A DNA stretch of 64,000 nucleotides, from positions 53,134,001 through 53,198,000 of the forward strand of contig NC_043015.1 of the NCBI RefSeq assembly GCF_006345805.1. The letters run 5' to 3'. The notes below the pieces were generated by a model. That model saw only the letters and a list, made by a program, of their open reading frames with translations. It did no database searches and was not told the DNA's origin. A program made the translations under genes and the position numbers. This document shows, one piece after another, positions 39,386-52,080 of the stretch. How positions within the stretch are numbered: position 1 is the stretch's first letter; each line of letters starts with the position of its first letter. This DNA comes from Octopus sinensis. Its lineage: Eukaryota.

Positions 39386-39769
39386 TTCTATCTGTCTGTC
39401 GGCGATTTTCTTTTGATAACTTGATTGGCGCTAATGGAGTACAAATAATTTCATACTGAACCTTAATATTGACACTCACTGTAGAAGGATCGATGCAATT
39501 ACCGTTTTGTCAATGTTGAAGTTATTACAGAGTTCATATTAGATACTGTTGGCGATTTACGGTCAACAGGCAAGAAAGTAGTTTTTGTTTGTGACAAATG
39601 CATATTATGTCTGTTTACTTAGAATAGTGTTATGGTATTAATAATCCATCCAACATCAAATCAGTTAAGTTCTGAAGGGAATTCTCTTGATGACAAGTGT
39701 GGCGTTTACCAAAGCTCTCGTATCATATTGGTTGTTTTATTATGTAATATTATGTATTGCATTATTTTG

Positions 39770-39990
39770 TCACTAGTAGGAAGCCACAAACCTGGAGACT
39801 TACGATCTTGCTGTTAATAATCAATGTGGTTTACAGATTTTAGTGTAAATATAAAATGTCAAGCCAGCGGGTCGGCCTCTTCCTCTCTTGCCACTGACCG
39901 TTCCGAGCATGATGTCTTTCTCCAGGGATTTTCTCCGCATAATATGACCAAAATATGTCAATCTATGCTTAAATTTATCGTGTTTCTGAT
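39770..39990 (-). pseudogene. RTE (BovB-like) LINE C-terminus
   Basis: KHRLTYFGHIMRRKSLEKDIMLGTVSGKRGRGRP. Confidence 0.8.
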
Positions 39991-40344
39991 ATCCTATTGC
40001 CGTGTATTGAATCTATCAATTCATTCTTGTAGTTATGTTGGTTGCGATTGCACTGTTACGCAGTTTAGACAGATCTATTTTCTTTTAAAAGAGTTTGCTT
40101 ATAATTCAAATAGCTATAAGAAAATATTCTCTGAGTTATCAAGCAATGAACTGTCTCTCTCTGACGATGGGGCTATGAATATTGAAACAAGCCAGTTTAT
40201 ATACTATATACTAAAGAGATTTGCTGTGTTAGGCCTGATTAGTGCGAGAAGGTACAAAATAGATTACCTTCTTGCATTGTTTCGGCCTTACAACAACAAA
40301 TCTCTTTGAGGTTATCCGCACAATGCTTCACCAAAACTGCCTCA

Positions 40345-40345
40345 T

Positions 40346-40377
<32 letters not shown>

Positions 40378-40383
40378 ATATAT

Positions 40384-40430
<47 letters not shown>

Positions 40431-40465
40431 GTATATGTATATGTATGTATATATATATGCATATG

Positions 40466-40510
<45 letters not shown>

Positions 40511-40612
40511 TATATGTATATATATACATATATATAAATGTATATATGTATATATATATATATATATGTATGTGTGTGCATATATATATGTATATATATA
40601 TATATATATATC

Positions 40613-40643
<31 letters not shown>

Positions 40644-40662
40644 TTATATATATATATATATA
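40345..40662. repeat. Long (TA)n-rich array
   Basis: Direct reading. Confidence 0.95.
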
Positions 40663-40964
40663 ACAAGAACCAGATGTGCACCATACGCTCGCGTGCGGTG
40701 CGCGTGTATTCATTACCAAACCCAGTTTTATGTTACGTCAAGACTAATTGGAAATTCAAATATATTTCACGCTCGGCTCGAGTTTCTCGCCCAGCACCAT
40801 CTAAACGACCAGTATCGTTTAACATTATGTTAATATTTGTCTGCCTCTCTAATGAGGAGAGAAAAACTAAAATTTCATCCAACAACAACTCGTTATATAA
40901 TACAAACATTTGCTGATAGGTCAGTCTAGTTGTTCAGATTCTCAGACCGCTGAATCGATTGCAC

Positions 40965-41445
40965 ACCGTATTTTCCTGTATGCAAGTCGAATTCGTCAGA
41001 CCGGAATTTACAACCAAAAATGGTAGGTCGATTTACAATACAAGATGTTTATTTTTATTATAAATTCTCAAATTTCATAAATATCTTTGGATCTTCTTGT
41101 TATGGAAATAAGCAGTCGTCTTGGTATATTTTCTAGATTAATTTTAAGTAGGTGTAAGATGTGTTTCCGCTTATCTGAGAAAATTGTTTGCAAGTTTTAT
41201 TGACATCAGTTATTTGTCCTCTAATTTCTCTAATAACATTACAAATGTTTTAACGTTTACTTTGAACATTTACTCAGCCAGTTTAATTGATTGTTTATCG
41301 TATTTTTCTATCTGAAAGTCGAATTTTTCAGATCGAAGTTTACAAACAAAAGACAGTTCGACTTACACTCTAAGATGTTTATTTTTATTATAAAATTCTC
41401 AAATTTCATAAATATCTTTGGATTTTCCTGCTATGGAATAAAACT
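40965..41445. mobile_element. Tandemly duplicated end of a probable pogo/Tc1-type DNA element (period about 330 bp)
   Basis: accgtattttcc..aagtcga..gtcgatttaca and atcgtatttttc..aagtcga..ttcgacttaca units; class assignment from recalled TIR style only. Confidence 0.4.
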
Positions 41446-42266
41446 TTGGAAGATCATAAATTCGACTTGAAATATTGCAGAATTTCGAAAGGTAGCGACG
41501 AAGTTTCAATGCTTAAGCTACATGTTAACACAACATACTACATCGACAAGTAAGGAATAAACCGTATGGTCTCTTTCAGACCATTAGAACAGGCTGTGAA
41601 ATTCCTGAAGCCTTTACAACAACCTTTGCAAAATTGAATAGAAACATCCTTATCAGCTTATGAAATTTATTCCCGGAAAGAAAAATTATCACTATAAAAA
41701 GAGGGCACCAATTTGATGTTAACCCTTGTCTATTTACATGTGTGTAGAATGGGATTCTTGCAAATAGTCAGGAAAAAACCTCAAAAACCAGAAAGTATTC
41801 AGGATGTTCTTGACCAAGAAAAGTTGTTGATTTACGGCCGCAAAAGTGTAGAAACACAGTATGAGGAGTTCTTTAGTTTAAAACAGCAAATCCATGTCCC
41901 GTTTAGCATCAGGTGTTAGGGTAATATATGAATTTGACACCTCATAAAAAGACAAAGCTGCCGCATTAACCAATTCTTTGTCGAATGACTTCAAGGTTTT
42001 TACATTGAGGCAATGGGTGATGCAGAATTTTGTTAAAGAATACAACGCCTCACCTGGTCCGAGAATCGAAATCTCGATCGCAATATTGTGAGTGCAGCAC
42101 GGTGCGTCTATACTCCATTGCAATGAATAAATACTCTGGTGTGTATGTTGTGTTTGGTTCTTTGCCGAACATTCTTTAATGTTCTTTCTTGCCAGTGCAC
42201 AAACATGTCTGCTGGTAAGTTTGAACTGAATTCAAATAAACCAAACTAAACTAAAGGATAAAACAC

Positions 42267-42299
<33 letters not shown>

Positions 42300-42554
42300 T
42301 ACATGCACACACACGTACACACGGTAGCAATCCTTTGTTCTTTTTTTATGCGTGTACTGTATTACAAATGCTTACAAAATGTTTATTTATCCATGTGTAT
42401 GTTACTAAGAATGTGAATCATTTGTTTTCCGCCATTTTGATGCTTTATTTTTGTTTCTGTACTCACAGATGTGTGTGCGTATATACACACGTGTGCGTTA
42501 CTATTATTGTTTACAAGGAAGGCGGCAAGCTGACAATATATTAACACAAAGGAC

Positions 42555-42860
42555 AAAACGCTTAACGAGCATTTCTCCCGGCACTTTACTTCCTGAGTTC
42601 AGAAACCGCCGAGGTCGTTGCCTGTCATGCCTTCGGAGATGGAATGAAATACCAGTCAAGTACAGGCATCGATGTAGTCGACATACACCCCACTCCACCC
42701 TATTTGAAATTGCTGGCCTTGTGCCAAAATTAAAAAGAATTGCGGTCGGTAGAATTGCTTGAGCGTCGGCCAAAGTGTTTTGCAGAATTCTACTCCAGCT
42801 CTTCAGCATTCTGATTTCAAATCTCGTCGAAGTCAAATTTTCTGTTCATTCTATCAAGGT
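42555..42860 (+). mobile_element. Decayed SINE family B copies; the second is interrupted by a family E SINE and resumes at 43164
   Basis: ctgagttcagaaaccgccgaggtcg; tcgatgtagtcgac; aattgctggccttgtgcc. Confidence 0.7.
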
Positions 42861-43163
42861 GTTGTTGTTTATTCCTTCCCGAGCCATGCCTGGCTCATAA
42901 GGGCCGGTTTCACCGGTTTCATTGGCGGATAAGTTCCTCACCTGGATCGAACGCCGGTCCGACGCAGGCGAGCTGCTAGATGCAGGAGGAAAGAGAGAAA
43001 GTTGTGACGACAGAGTCAGCAGAGGTTCGCCATTACCTCCTGCTGGAGCCACGCGGAGCTTAGGTGTTTCGCTCATAAACATACATATCGCCCGGTCTGA
43101 GATTCGAACCCGCGATCCCTCGACCACGTGACCGCTGCTCTAACCACTAGGCCATGTGCCTTT
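42861..43163 (-). mobile_element. SINE with family E head and body and family C short tail; 13-bp target-site duplication
   Basis: TSD attctatcaaggt at 42848-42860 and 43164-43176; (AAC)n tail; B box ggttcgaatctcag. Confidence 0.9.
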
Positions 43164-43261
43164 ATTCTATCAAGGTCGCTAGATGAAATTTCTGTCAAGT
43201 ACTGCTGTCGATGTTAACTGTACCGCTCTGAATTGCTGGCCTTCTACATAAATAAAAAACG

Positions 43262-43770
43262 AGAAGGCAGTGGACTGGCAGAGTCGATAGAGCGTTGGAA
43301 CAACTGTTTTAGAAGTATCTACAGTAATTCTTTACGCTCTGAGTTCAAATGCCAACTAGGTCAACCTTGCGTTTTATTTGTCCGGGGATCGATAAAATAA
43401 GGTACCTTTTAAGGATTTGAGTTGAAGCAATTGATTTAAAAGCATTCCACCTTTAAAACTGCTGGCGATCAGCTTAAATTAGATGCAGTTGTTGTAGTTT
43501 ATCAGGGCACTGGATCAACAGAATCGGTAGAGCGCTTGGCAATTTCCATTGTCATATTCACTTACGATTCCTTAAGCTAGTACTTCAAACCCTGCTGAGG
43601 TGATCTTTGTTTGAAAGTATCAGCCACTTACTAGTGTTGATGGAGTCGAATTTGCCCTTCATTATTTCGGGGTCGATTAATAAAGTACCAGTTGCTTCCT
43701 GGGGTCGATGTAATTGACTGGCCCCCGAGTCTAAAAGTTCAGGCCTTGTGCTATAAGCAGAAAGGATAAT
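43262..43770 (+). mobile_element. Two decayed SINE family B copies head to tail
   Basis: ctgagttcaaatg; ggggatcgataaaataaggtacc; ggggtcgattaataaagtaccag; tcaggccttgtgc tail. Confidence 0.7.
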
Positions 43771-43834
43771 AATAATAATTATCATTATTATCATCATCAT
43801 CATGATTATTATTATCATTATTATAATTATTATT

Positions 43835-43865
<31 letters not shown>

Positions 43866-43914
43866 CTACCACCACCACTACCACCACCACCACCACCACC
43901 ACCACCACCATCAC

Positions 43915-44001
<87 letters not shown>
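43765..44001. repeat. Phase-locked compound trinucleotide array (ATA/ATC/ACC/ATT)
   Basis: Direct reading. Confidence 0.95.
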
Positions 44002-44003
<2 letters not shown>

Positions 44004-44232
44004 AGCGGGGCGCTGGCAGAATCGCTTCTGCGATGGACAAAATGCTTAGTGGAATTTCGTCCGCCATTACTTTCTGAGTTCAAATTCCGCCGAGGTCGAG
44101 TTTGCCTTTCATCCTTTCGGGGTCGGAAAAATAGTTTCAGTTGAGCAGTGTGTGGGTGGCGGGGGCGCTGTAATCTACAAGCCTCCTTTCTCCAACATTT
44201 CAGGCCTTGTGCTAATAATAGAAGGGATTATT
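44002..44232 (+). mobile_element. SINE family B
   Basis: ctgagttcaaattccgccgaggtcgagtttgcctttcatcctttcggggtcgg. Confidence 0.9.
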
Positions 44233-44435
44233 TATTTTTTTATTTATTCTGTTATCAGTATTATTTTCTTTGCTGGCACTGTTAACATATGTCCCTGACT
44301 ATTCAGCTCTTGATAATTGCTTACATATGAACCCATTCACACAATATGCAACATATACCTACATATATGCATGCAGACACACACACACACACACACATAA
44401 ACATATACACACTCACAGACACACACGCATATATA

Positions 44436-44468
<33 letters not shown>

Positions 44469-44782
44469 CGTACAATATATATATTTCTATGTATGTATAT
44501 ATATGTATATATATATATATACATACACACACACACACATATATATATATACATAGATAAATTTATGTATATATATAAATACATAGACATACATAGATAC
44601 ATACATATATATGTATAGACACAGTGACATAACACATTTATACTTGGTGCCCATTTTTTTTTCTAGAACAAAGATTCACGTGTTAGCGAGAGACCTCCAA
44701 CTTTGTTGTTACTACGCCCCTCTCTGCTGAAAATATCTATCATTTATACGGTGTGTGTGTATATATATATGTGTGTGTGTGT

Positions 44783-45029
44783 GGAGGCGCGTGGCTTAGT
44801 GGTTAGGGTGTTGAACTCATGATCGTAAGGTTGTGGTTTCGATTCCTGGACCCGGCGATGCGTTGTGCTCTTGAGCAAAACACTTAATTTCAGGTTGCTC
44901 CAGTCCACTCAGCTGGCAAAAATGAGTAATCCTGCGGCGGACCGGCGTCCCGTCCAGGTGGGGAATTTCTACGCCACAGAAACCGGGAAACCGGGCCCAT
45001 GAGCCTGGCATGGCTCGAGAAGAAACATT

Positions 45030-45030
<1 letters not shown>
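44783..45030 (+). mobile_element. tRNA-derived SINE, family C with short tail
   Basis: ggaggcgcgtggcttagtggttagg A box, gtttcgattcc B box, cttgagcaaaacactta, tail gaaaccggg..gcatggctcg. Confidence 0.88.
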
Positions 45031-45088
<58 letters not shown>

Positions 45089-45247
45089 CATACATACAAT
45101 CACATCAACACAGGCACACACACAACCTTGCATACATAGATAATATGCCTATTAACTTCCATGCATATATATGTATGTATGTACGTGTATAAAGACCCAT
45201 ACAACTATATACACGTACGTCCAGATATGAATACGTATATATTTTAT

Positions 45248-45438
45248 TCTTTCACTTGTTTCTGTCATCTGACTGTGACCATGCTGGAGCACCGCATGTA
45301 GTCGAACAAATCGGTTCCAGGACTTATTCTTTGTACGCTTAGTACTTATTCTATCGGTCTCTTTTTGCCGAAACCGCTAAGTTACGTGGACGTAAACACA
45401 CCAGCATCGGTTGTCAAGCGATGTTGGATGGTGGGACG

Positions 45439-45484
<46 letters not shown>

Positions 45485-45660
45485 TAATATATATGTATAT
45501 ATATACATGACGGACTTCTTTCAGTTTCCGTCTATTAAATCCAATCAAAAGGTTTGATTGGCCTGATGCTATAGTAGAAGATGCTTGCCCAAGATGTCAC
45601 GCTGTGGGACTGAACCCAGAACCATGTGGTTGGTAAGCAAGCTACTTACAACACAGACAC
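45248..45660 (-). mobile_element. SINE family A (full length)
   Basis: Reverse complement of family A. Confidence 0.9.
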
Positions 45661-46059
45661 TTGTGAAACGTATATCTTTGTATGTATGTATGTATGTATG
45701 TATGTATGTATGTATGTATGTATGTATGTATGTATGTATTTGTATGTGTGTGAGTGTGTGTGTGTATGTGGATGTACTTTTTTTTCGTGAAAATAACTAA
45801 TTTCGAATAAGACATTCACCTTTATGAAACTCATACGAAGAGTCGTGTAATAATTAACGTGTCACCTACTACCGAATGGTATGTGTCATAAGGTAGCTTT
45901 CAACAGAAACTGGATTGATTGCTTACTGAAAGCAAAGAGCCAGCAGCGCAATGCTTTAAGATATCTAGTACGGTGCTTGAATGAAACTGCAAATGATGCT
46001 ATCGACTGTAAATAACAGGACACCTAACAGGAGAATTCGATATGTTTTGGGTTTTTGAA

Positions 46060-46076
46060 TATTATTATTGTTATTA

Positions 46077-46156
<80 letters not shown>

Positions 46157-46274
46157 ATTATTACCATTATTACTACCATTATTATTATCATCATCATCAT
46201 CATCATCATCATCATTATGATTATTAATATTATTATTATTATCATCACCATTATTATTATTATTATTATTATTA

Positions 46275-46310
<36 letters not shown>

Positions 46311-46339
46311 CAGTATTAATTTTATTATTATTATTATTA

Positions 46340-46391
<52 letters not shown>
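46060..46391. repeat. Compound (ATT)/(GTT)/(ATC) array
   Basis: Direct reading. Confidence 0.95.
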
Positions 46392-46893
46392 GAGTGAGAG
46401 AGCAGTGCATGCCATCAAAGTGACACTGGGGTAAAATATACGAAGCCCAATATATCCATCATGACTACCCGTCTGATAAGGGTACACAATGCGAATGCAT
46501 CACAACCATATGTGCGCGACATGGTGATCTCATATCAAGATAAACAGCACATGACCTTGCAGGTGGGGCCCAGTTAGAATTTTATTCAGGTTGAGTAGCC
46601 CATCCAGCTCAAATGGTCCCTGAATAAGGGTTGTTTAAGGATGTTGAAAGAACCACCCATGTTTCCAGAGGTGAATTATTCAAACCCCAAAGAATCCCTC
46701 TCAACACATGGCTATGATGCTCCCCCACTACTTCTGCTCGTGATCAGAGATGCACATATCGTCAGCCACTAAGGGACATGCTCAACTGGTTAAGGTCAAA
46801 CAACTGACAAGCAAATCTGTGGTATTGAGCAGAATATTTGCTGTAGCCCATCTTTTATACCAAGACAAAACAATGTACATGATAACACTTCCA

Positions 46894-46895
<2 letters not shown>
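46392..46895. mobile_element. Unclassified interspersed repeat of about 0.5 kb embedded in (ATT)n
   Basis: Reverse-complement homolog at 51555-52062; ATT arrays on both sides. Confidence 0.8.
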
Positions 46896-46961
<66 letters not shown>

Positions 46962-47010
46962 CATTCTTCTTCTTATTATTATCATTATCTTCATTATTAT
47001 CATTATTATC

Positions 47011-47067
<57 letters not shown>

Positions 47068-47157
47068 GTTATTATAATTGTTATTATCGTTATTATTATT
47101 ATTGTTGTAGTGTGAAGAAATGAGATTATGTGGACGTATATGATGATCTGTCGTAGT

Positions 47158-47417
47158 GCGAAGAAGACGGTTCTGCAATTTCATGGTGAACAACCTGCAC
47201 AAAAGGTTTGTTTATAGTCATCAAACGTTTCTGATGTACATAAGCTCAACGTCCCGCCCTCCGCTCTACCTCTCAATCAAATCGTGCCTGAACAAGGGGA
47301 CAAATGTGTCACACGTCAAGATGATTGCAGAGCAACGCAAAAGGAAGTGTCTTGCTCAAGAGCACAACGCATCAAGCGCTCCGCGAAGTGAATTCACGAT
47401 CTGGCAATCGTGAGTGC
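47158..47417 (-). mobile_element. SINE family D
   Basis: aagacggttctgcaattt..; aagtgtcttgctcaagagcacaacgc body. Confidence 0.7.
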
Positions 47418-47507
47418 ATACATACATACATACATACATACATACATACATACATACATACATACATACATACATACGTACGTACGTACATACATATATA
47501 CATATTC

Positions 47508-47561
<54 letters not shown>

Positions 47562-47630
47562 TCATGTACATACATGCATACATATGTACATACGTACATA
47601 CATACATAATACATACATATATACATATTC

Positions 47631-47663
<33 letters not shown>

Positions 47664-47700
47664 CACCCATACACATATACACATACTGAATACATACATA
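47418..47700. repeat. (CATA)n microsatellite
   Basis: Direct reading. Confidence 0.95.
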
Positions 47701-47772
47701 CGTATGTTTATATAGATATTAACAAAGATGTGCAATAATCATTCCTACATTTACATTTCTTTCTTTCTTTCT

Positions 47773-47803
<31 letters not shown>

Positions 47804-47805
47804 TT

Positions 47806-47839
<34 letters not shown>

Positions 47840-47850
47840 ACACATATATG

Positions 47851-47987
47851 TCTGTGTGTGGTAAGTAGCTTGCTTACCAACCACATAATTCCGGGTCCAG
47901 TCCCACTGCGTGGCACCTTGGGCAAGTGTCTTCTACTATAGCCTGTGAGTGGATTTGGTAGACGGAAACTGAAAGAAACCCGTCGTA

Positions 47988-48050
<63 letters not shown>

Positions 48051-48281
48051 ATATATGTGTATGTGTGTGTGTGTGTGTGTGGTTCTCTGTCTGTGTTTGC
48101 CCCCCGAACATCGCTTGACAACCGATGGTGGTGTTTACGTCCCCGTAACTTAGCGGTTCGGCAAAAGTGTCCGATAGAATAAGTACTAAGCTTCCAAGAA
48201 TATGTCCTGGGGTAGATTTGCTCGACTAAAGGCGGAGCTCCAGCATGGCTGCAGTCAAATGACATCAAACAAGTAAAAGAG
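47851..48281 (+). mobile_element. SINE family A (near full length)
   Basis: Head, internal (TA)n and 3' half. Confidence 0.9.
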
Positions 48282-49040
48282 AAAGAGAAAAGAGTACATA
48301 TATATATATATATGTATATATGTATATATACACACACTGTCGACATCAATGTATTTTTATACATTCTGTGGATTGACGACGCTGTTAACATTTTATAGAA
48401 CTATTTACTTCCCTCGTCAGAAGACCATAAAGTATATTTAAGCACTTCGTCAAATTACGATTTACGACAGATGCATGCGTAGCTACGGAAATATCCATGC
48501 ATGCATAGCAATAGTGGATGTCGATCAAAGAATAAGATGTCATTCGTAAAATCTCCAGACAACAGAATCTTGAGAACGGATATAGAAATAACTTAATAGA
48601 CCAAAATATAGAACAACGTAGAGACAGTATCTGCTACAGTTAATACAATGGTAACCAAACAAAATTTAACTAAGCCACGTGTACACAATGTAGTCCATTG
48701 AAAGAATCAAAAGTACCGTACATGAATTGTGTGTTAATAACGAAACTGTGTTTAGTATTATAAAAGACGTCTATAGTTTTATTAACCAAAACTGTGTGAT
48801 ACGGATGGTTTTAAACAATATGTCTGGTGGTTGCTTCAGCATGGTCACAACCTTCGACTGAAACTGTTAACAGAATTATAGAATTCGTTCGTGGGCAAAA
48901 ATGTGTGTGGGTATGGGTGTGTGTGTGGGGGGGGGAGGCATTTGAGACAAGCGGATTCTTTCTTTAGAATGTTCTACAGCAACTGTGTACCCACCTTTAA
49001 CTATCCACTAACATTAATTATACACTGACTAATTACTATG

Positions 49041-49237
49041 TTCTAATATAGGTACAAGGTCTGGGAGTGTGTTAGTCGAATGCACCGACCACAATACTCG
49101 ACCGGAACATTATTTTATCGACCCTTCTGCCAAAAGGATGAACGACAAACTTTATGCGGAATTCGAACTCAGAACGTAAAGAGCAAGAAGAAAAGTCCTT
49201 AAGCTTTTTGTCCGGTGCGTTCACGAGCCCTGCGCCT
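49041..49237 (-). mobile_element. Decayed SINE family B
   Basis: ttttatcgaccc..aaaggatgaa..gcggaattcgaactcagaacgtaaag. Confidence 0.7.
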
Positions 49238-49508
49238 TTTAATCCACTAACATTGGTTTCCATTTTTTCGCAAAAAGTTTGCAATTTCGCCAGAAGGTTT
49301 ACATGGAACCCCGTTCTCAGCTCCAACTTATTTTGCAGACTCTGAAAAGATGAAAGACAAAGTCAATTTCAGAGGAATTTCTGCCACTAATATTAGATGC
49401 TTTGTGGTATTTCGTTGTCGCTTCGTTCTAAGTTCAAATTCCTTTCAGAGTCGATAAATTAAATACCTGTTGCGTATTGGGGGGGTCAATCTAATTATAT
49501 AGAAACAA

Positions 49509-49728
49509 AAGGCGGCGAGCTGGTAGAAACGTTAGCACGCCGGGCGAAATTCGTAGCCGTATTTCGTCTGTCGTTGCGTTCCGAGTTCAAATTCCGCCGA
49601 GGTCGACTTTGCCTTTCATCCTTTCGGGGTCGATAAATTAAGTACCAGTTACGCACTGGGGTCGATGTAATCGACTTAATCCCTTTGTCTGTCCTCTCTG
49701 TGTTTAGCCCCTTGTGGGTAGTAAAGAT
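49509..49728 (+). mobile_element. SINE family B (full length, little decayed)
   Basis: aaggcggcgagctgg..gagttcaaattccgccgaggtcgactttgcctttcatcctttcggggtcgataaattaagtaccag. Confidence 0.92.
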
Positions 49729-49741
49729 ATATATATAGAAA

Positions 49742-49860
49742 CAGTATTTGACTGGTATATTTTATTTTATTGACCTCGGAAATATGACAGGCAAAGTTAA
49801 CCTCACCGAGACTTGAACTCAGAAACTGTCGGTTCAAATACTGCATGGCATACACCCGCG
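49742..49860 (-). mobile_element. SINE family B fragment
   Basis: ggcaaagttaacctcaccgagacttgaactcag. Confidence 0.6.
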
Positions 49861-49954
49861 AATATTTAGGGTTAACGTATTCCTTAGATCAATTTTCGTA
49901 TTCAAGACTTTTCTTGGTAGCTAACATCTTATTTCTAATCATCGTATGTTATAT

Positions 49955-50147
49955 AAGGCGGCGAGCTGGCAGAAACGTTATTATGCCGGACAAAAACTTG
50001 CTTAGCGACATTCCTTCCGTCTCTTCTCGTTCTGAGTTCAAAACCCGCTGAGGTCAGCTATGCATTTAATCCTTTCGGGGTCGGTAAAATGAGCACCAGT
50101 AAAGTACTGCGATCGATGTTGTCCTCTCCCCTCAGAAATACTGGCAT
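49955..50147 (+). mobile_element. SINE family B
   Basis: aaggcggcgagctggcagaaacgtt..ctgagttcaaaacccgctgagg. Confidence 0.85.
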
Positions 50148-50268
50148 CGGTCCCTGCAACAGACTGACGTTCTGTTCAGAAGGAGTGTTGCTCTCGCAGT
50201 CACTTATTCGCCATAGAAACTAAGTAATCGGTCTTATGAGTCCTGAGGTCCAAGAAAAAATTTAAATA

Positions 50269-50438
50269 GGCGTAGGAGTGGCTGTGTGGTAAGTAGCTTG
50301 CTTACGAACCACATGGTTCCGGGTTCAGTCCCACAGCGTGGCACCTTGGGCAAGTGTCTTCTACTATGGCCCCGGGCCGACCAAAGCCATGTGAGTGGAT
50401 TTGGGAGACGGAAACTGAAAGAAGCCCGTCGTATATAT

Positions 50439-50488
<50 letters not shown>

Positions 50489-50673
50489 TTGTCCCCCAAC
50501 ATCGCTTGACACCCGATGCTGGTGTGTTTACGATCCGTAACTTAGCGGTTCGGCAAAAGAGACCGCTAGAATAAATACTAGGCTTACAAAGAATAAGTCC
50601 TGGGGTCGATTTATTCGACTAAAGGCGGTGCTCCAGCATGGCCGCAGTCAAATGACTGAAACAAGTAAAAGAG
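50269..50673 (+). mobile_element. SINE family A (full length, little decayed)
   Basis: Complete family A. Confidence 0.92.
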
Positions 50674-51096
50674 TAAAACATATTTTCAGGTATAGAAGCA
50701 AATTTTAAGCAAAATGTTAAGCCGACTACAAGGCATCTTTGGAGGACCCAAAATTTCTTGTGAAACGATGCAGCAAGATGTGAAAAGAGAGTGACGATGT
50801 TTGAATATTTACACCAAATGGGTACACTACATTCTTTATCGATTTCGATGCCGAATACTATGCTAGTGTATTATGTAATAACGACTGAGATGTTGCTACA
50901 GAATAAATGGTTAACTTGAGAAAAATATTCTCAGCCTAGGAGCCAGAATAATATTCCCTCAATTAAAATTACGTTCATCTTAATTTTTGGCAAAAAGCAT
51001 AAGTGTGACAACCCTGTTGCATGAAATGATTTAAAACAAAATAAATAGCGTATGTATTGCCGCGGTAGTCTGATGTTTAGATAAATTCGTTGTCAA

Positions 51097-51160
<64 letters not shown>

Positions 51161-51170
51161 TCTGCAATGT

Positions 51171-51229
<59 letters not shown>

Positions 51230-51491
51230 GATGATGATGATACCAGGCTTGCCATCCCTACAGGAAGTGCAAAAAATCGTGTCAACTGGAACGACTCATG
51301 TACTGAGGAGAGCATTATCGCAGTGAAAACAACATACATTCATGAATTTATTTATTTATTTATTTAAATATATATTTTACCTGTGAAATTGCGCGTGTAA
51401 TGCATACAATGAGCTTCTCTACATTAGGTGTACGGAAACAATCGGCGAGAAATGGAAGAAAATTAGAAGCGAAAACAACAACAACAACAAC

Positions 51492-51541
<50 letters not shown>

Positions 51542-51554
51542 TAATAATAATAAT

Positions 51555-52062
51555 TGCTCTGTTGCAGTACCAGGCAGTGGCTCTCATGGCTCCTGATTTT
51601 AACTGATTGGAAGTGCTATCATGTACATTATTTTGTCTTGGTATAAAAGATGGGCTACAGCAAATATTCTGCTCAATACCAAAGATTTGCTTGTCAGTTG
51701 TTTGACCTTAACCAGTTGAACATATCCCTTAGTGGCTGACGATATGTACATCTCTGATCACTAGCAGAAGTAGTGGGGGAGCATCATAGCCGTGTGTTGA
51801 AAGGAATTCTTAGAGGTTTGGATAATTCACCTCTGGAAGCATGAGTGTTTCGTTTAACTTCCTAAAACAGACCTTATTCAGGGACCACTTGAGCGGCATG
51901 GGCTACTCGACCTGAAGACAATTCTAACTGGGTCCCACCTGCAAAGTCATGTGCTGTCTGTCTTTATATGAAATCATCATGCCATGTGCTTTTGGTTGTG
52001 AAGTATGTCCCTGGAGTACCCTTATTAGACGGGTAGTTATGATGGGTATACTGGGCTTCGTA
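51555..52062. mobile_element. Second copy of the 0.5-kb repeat, inverted relative to 46392-46895, embedded in (AAT)n
   Basis: gtcttggtataaaagatgggctacagcaaatattctgctcaatacc is the exact reverse complement of sequence within 46820-46870. Confidence 0.8.
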
Positions 52063-52080
52063 ATAATAATAATAATAATA

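Noticed and set aside
39824-40309. 161-aa plus-strand ORF
   Set aside because: Partly antisense to the RTE remnant and has no recognisable motif.
44783-44860. tRNA-like sequence with good A and B boxes
   Set aside because: No acceptor stem closure, and it continues into a SINE body; it is a SINE head, not a tRNA gene. The same applies to the other heads.
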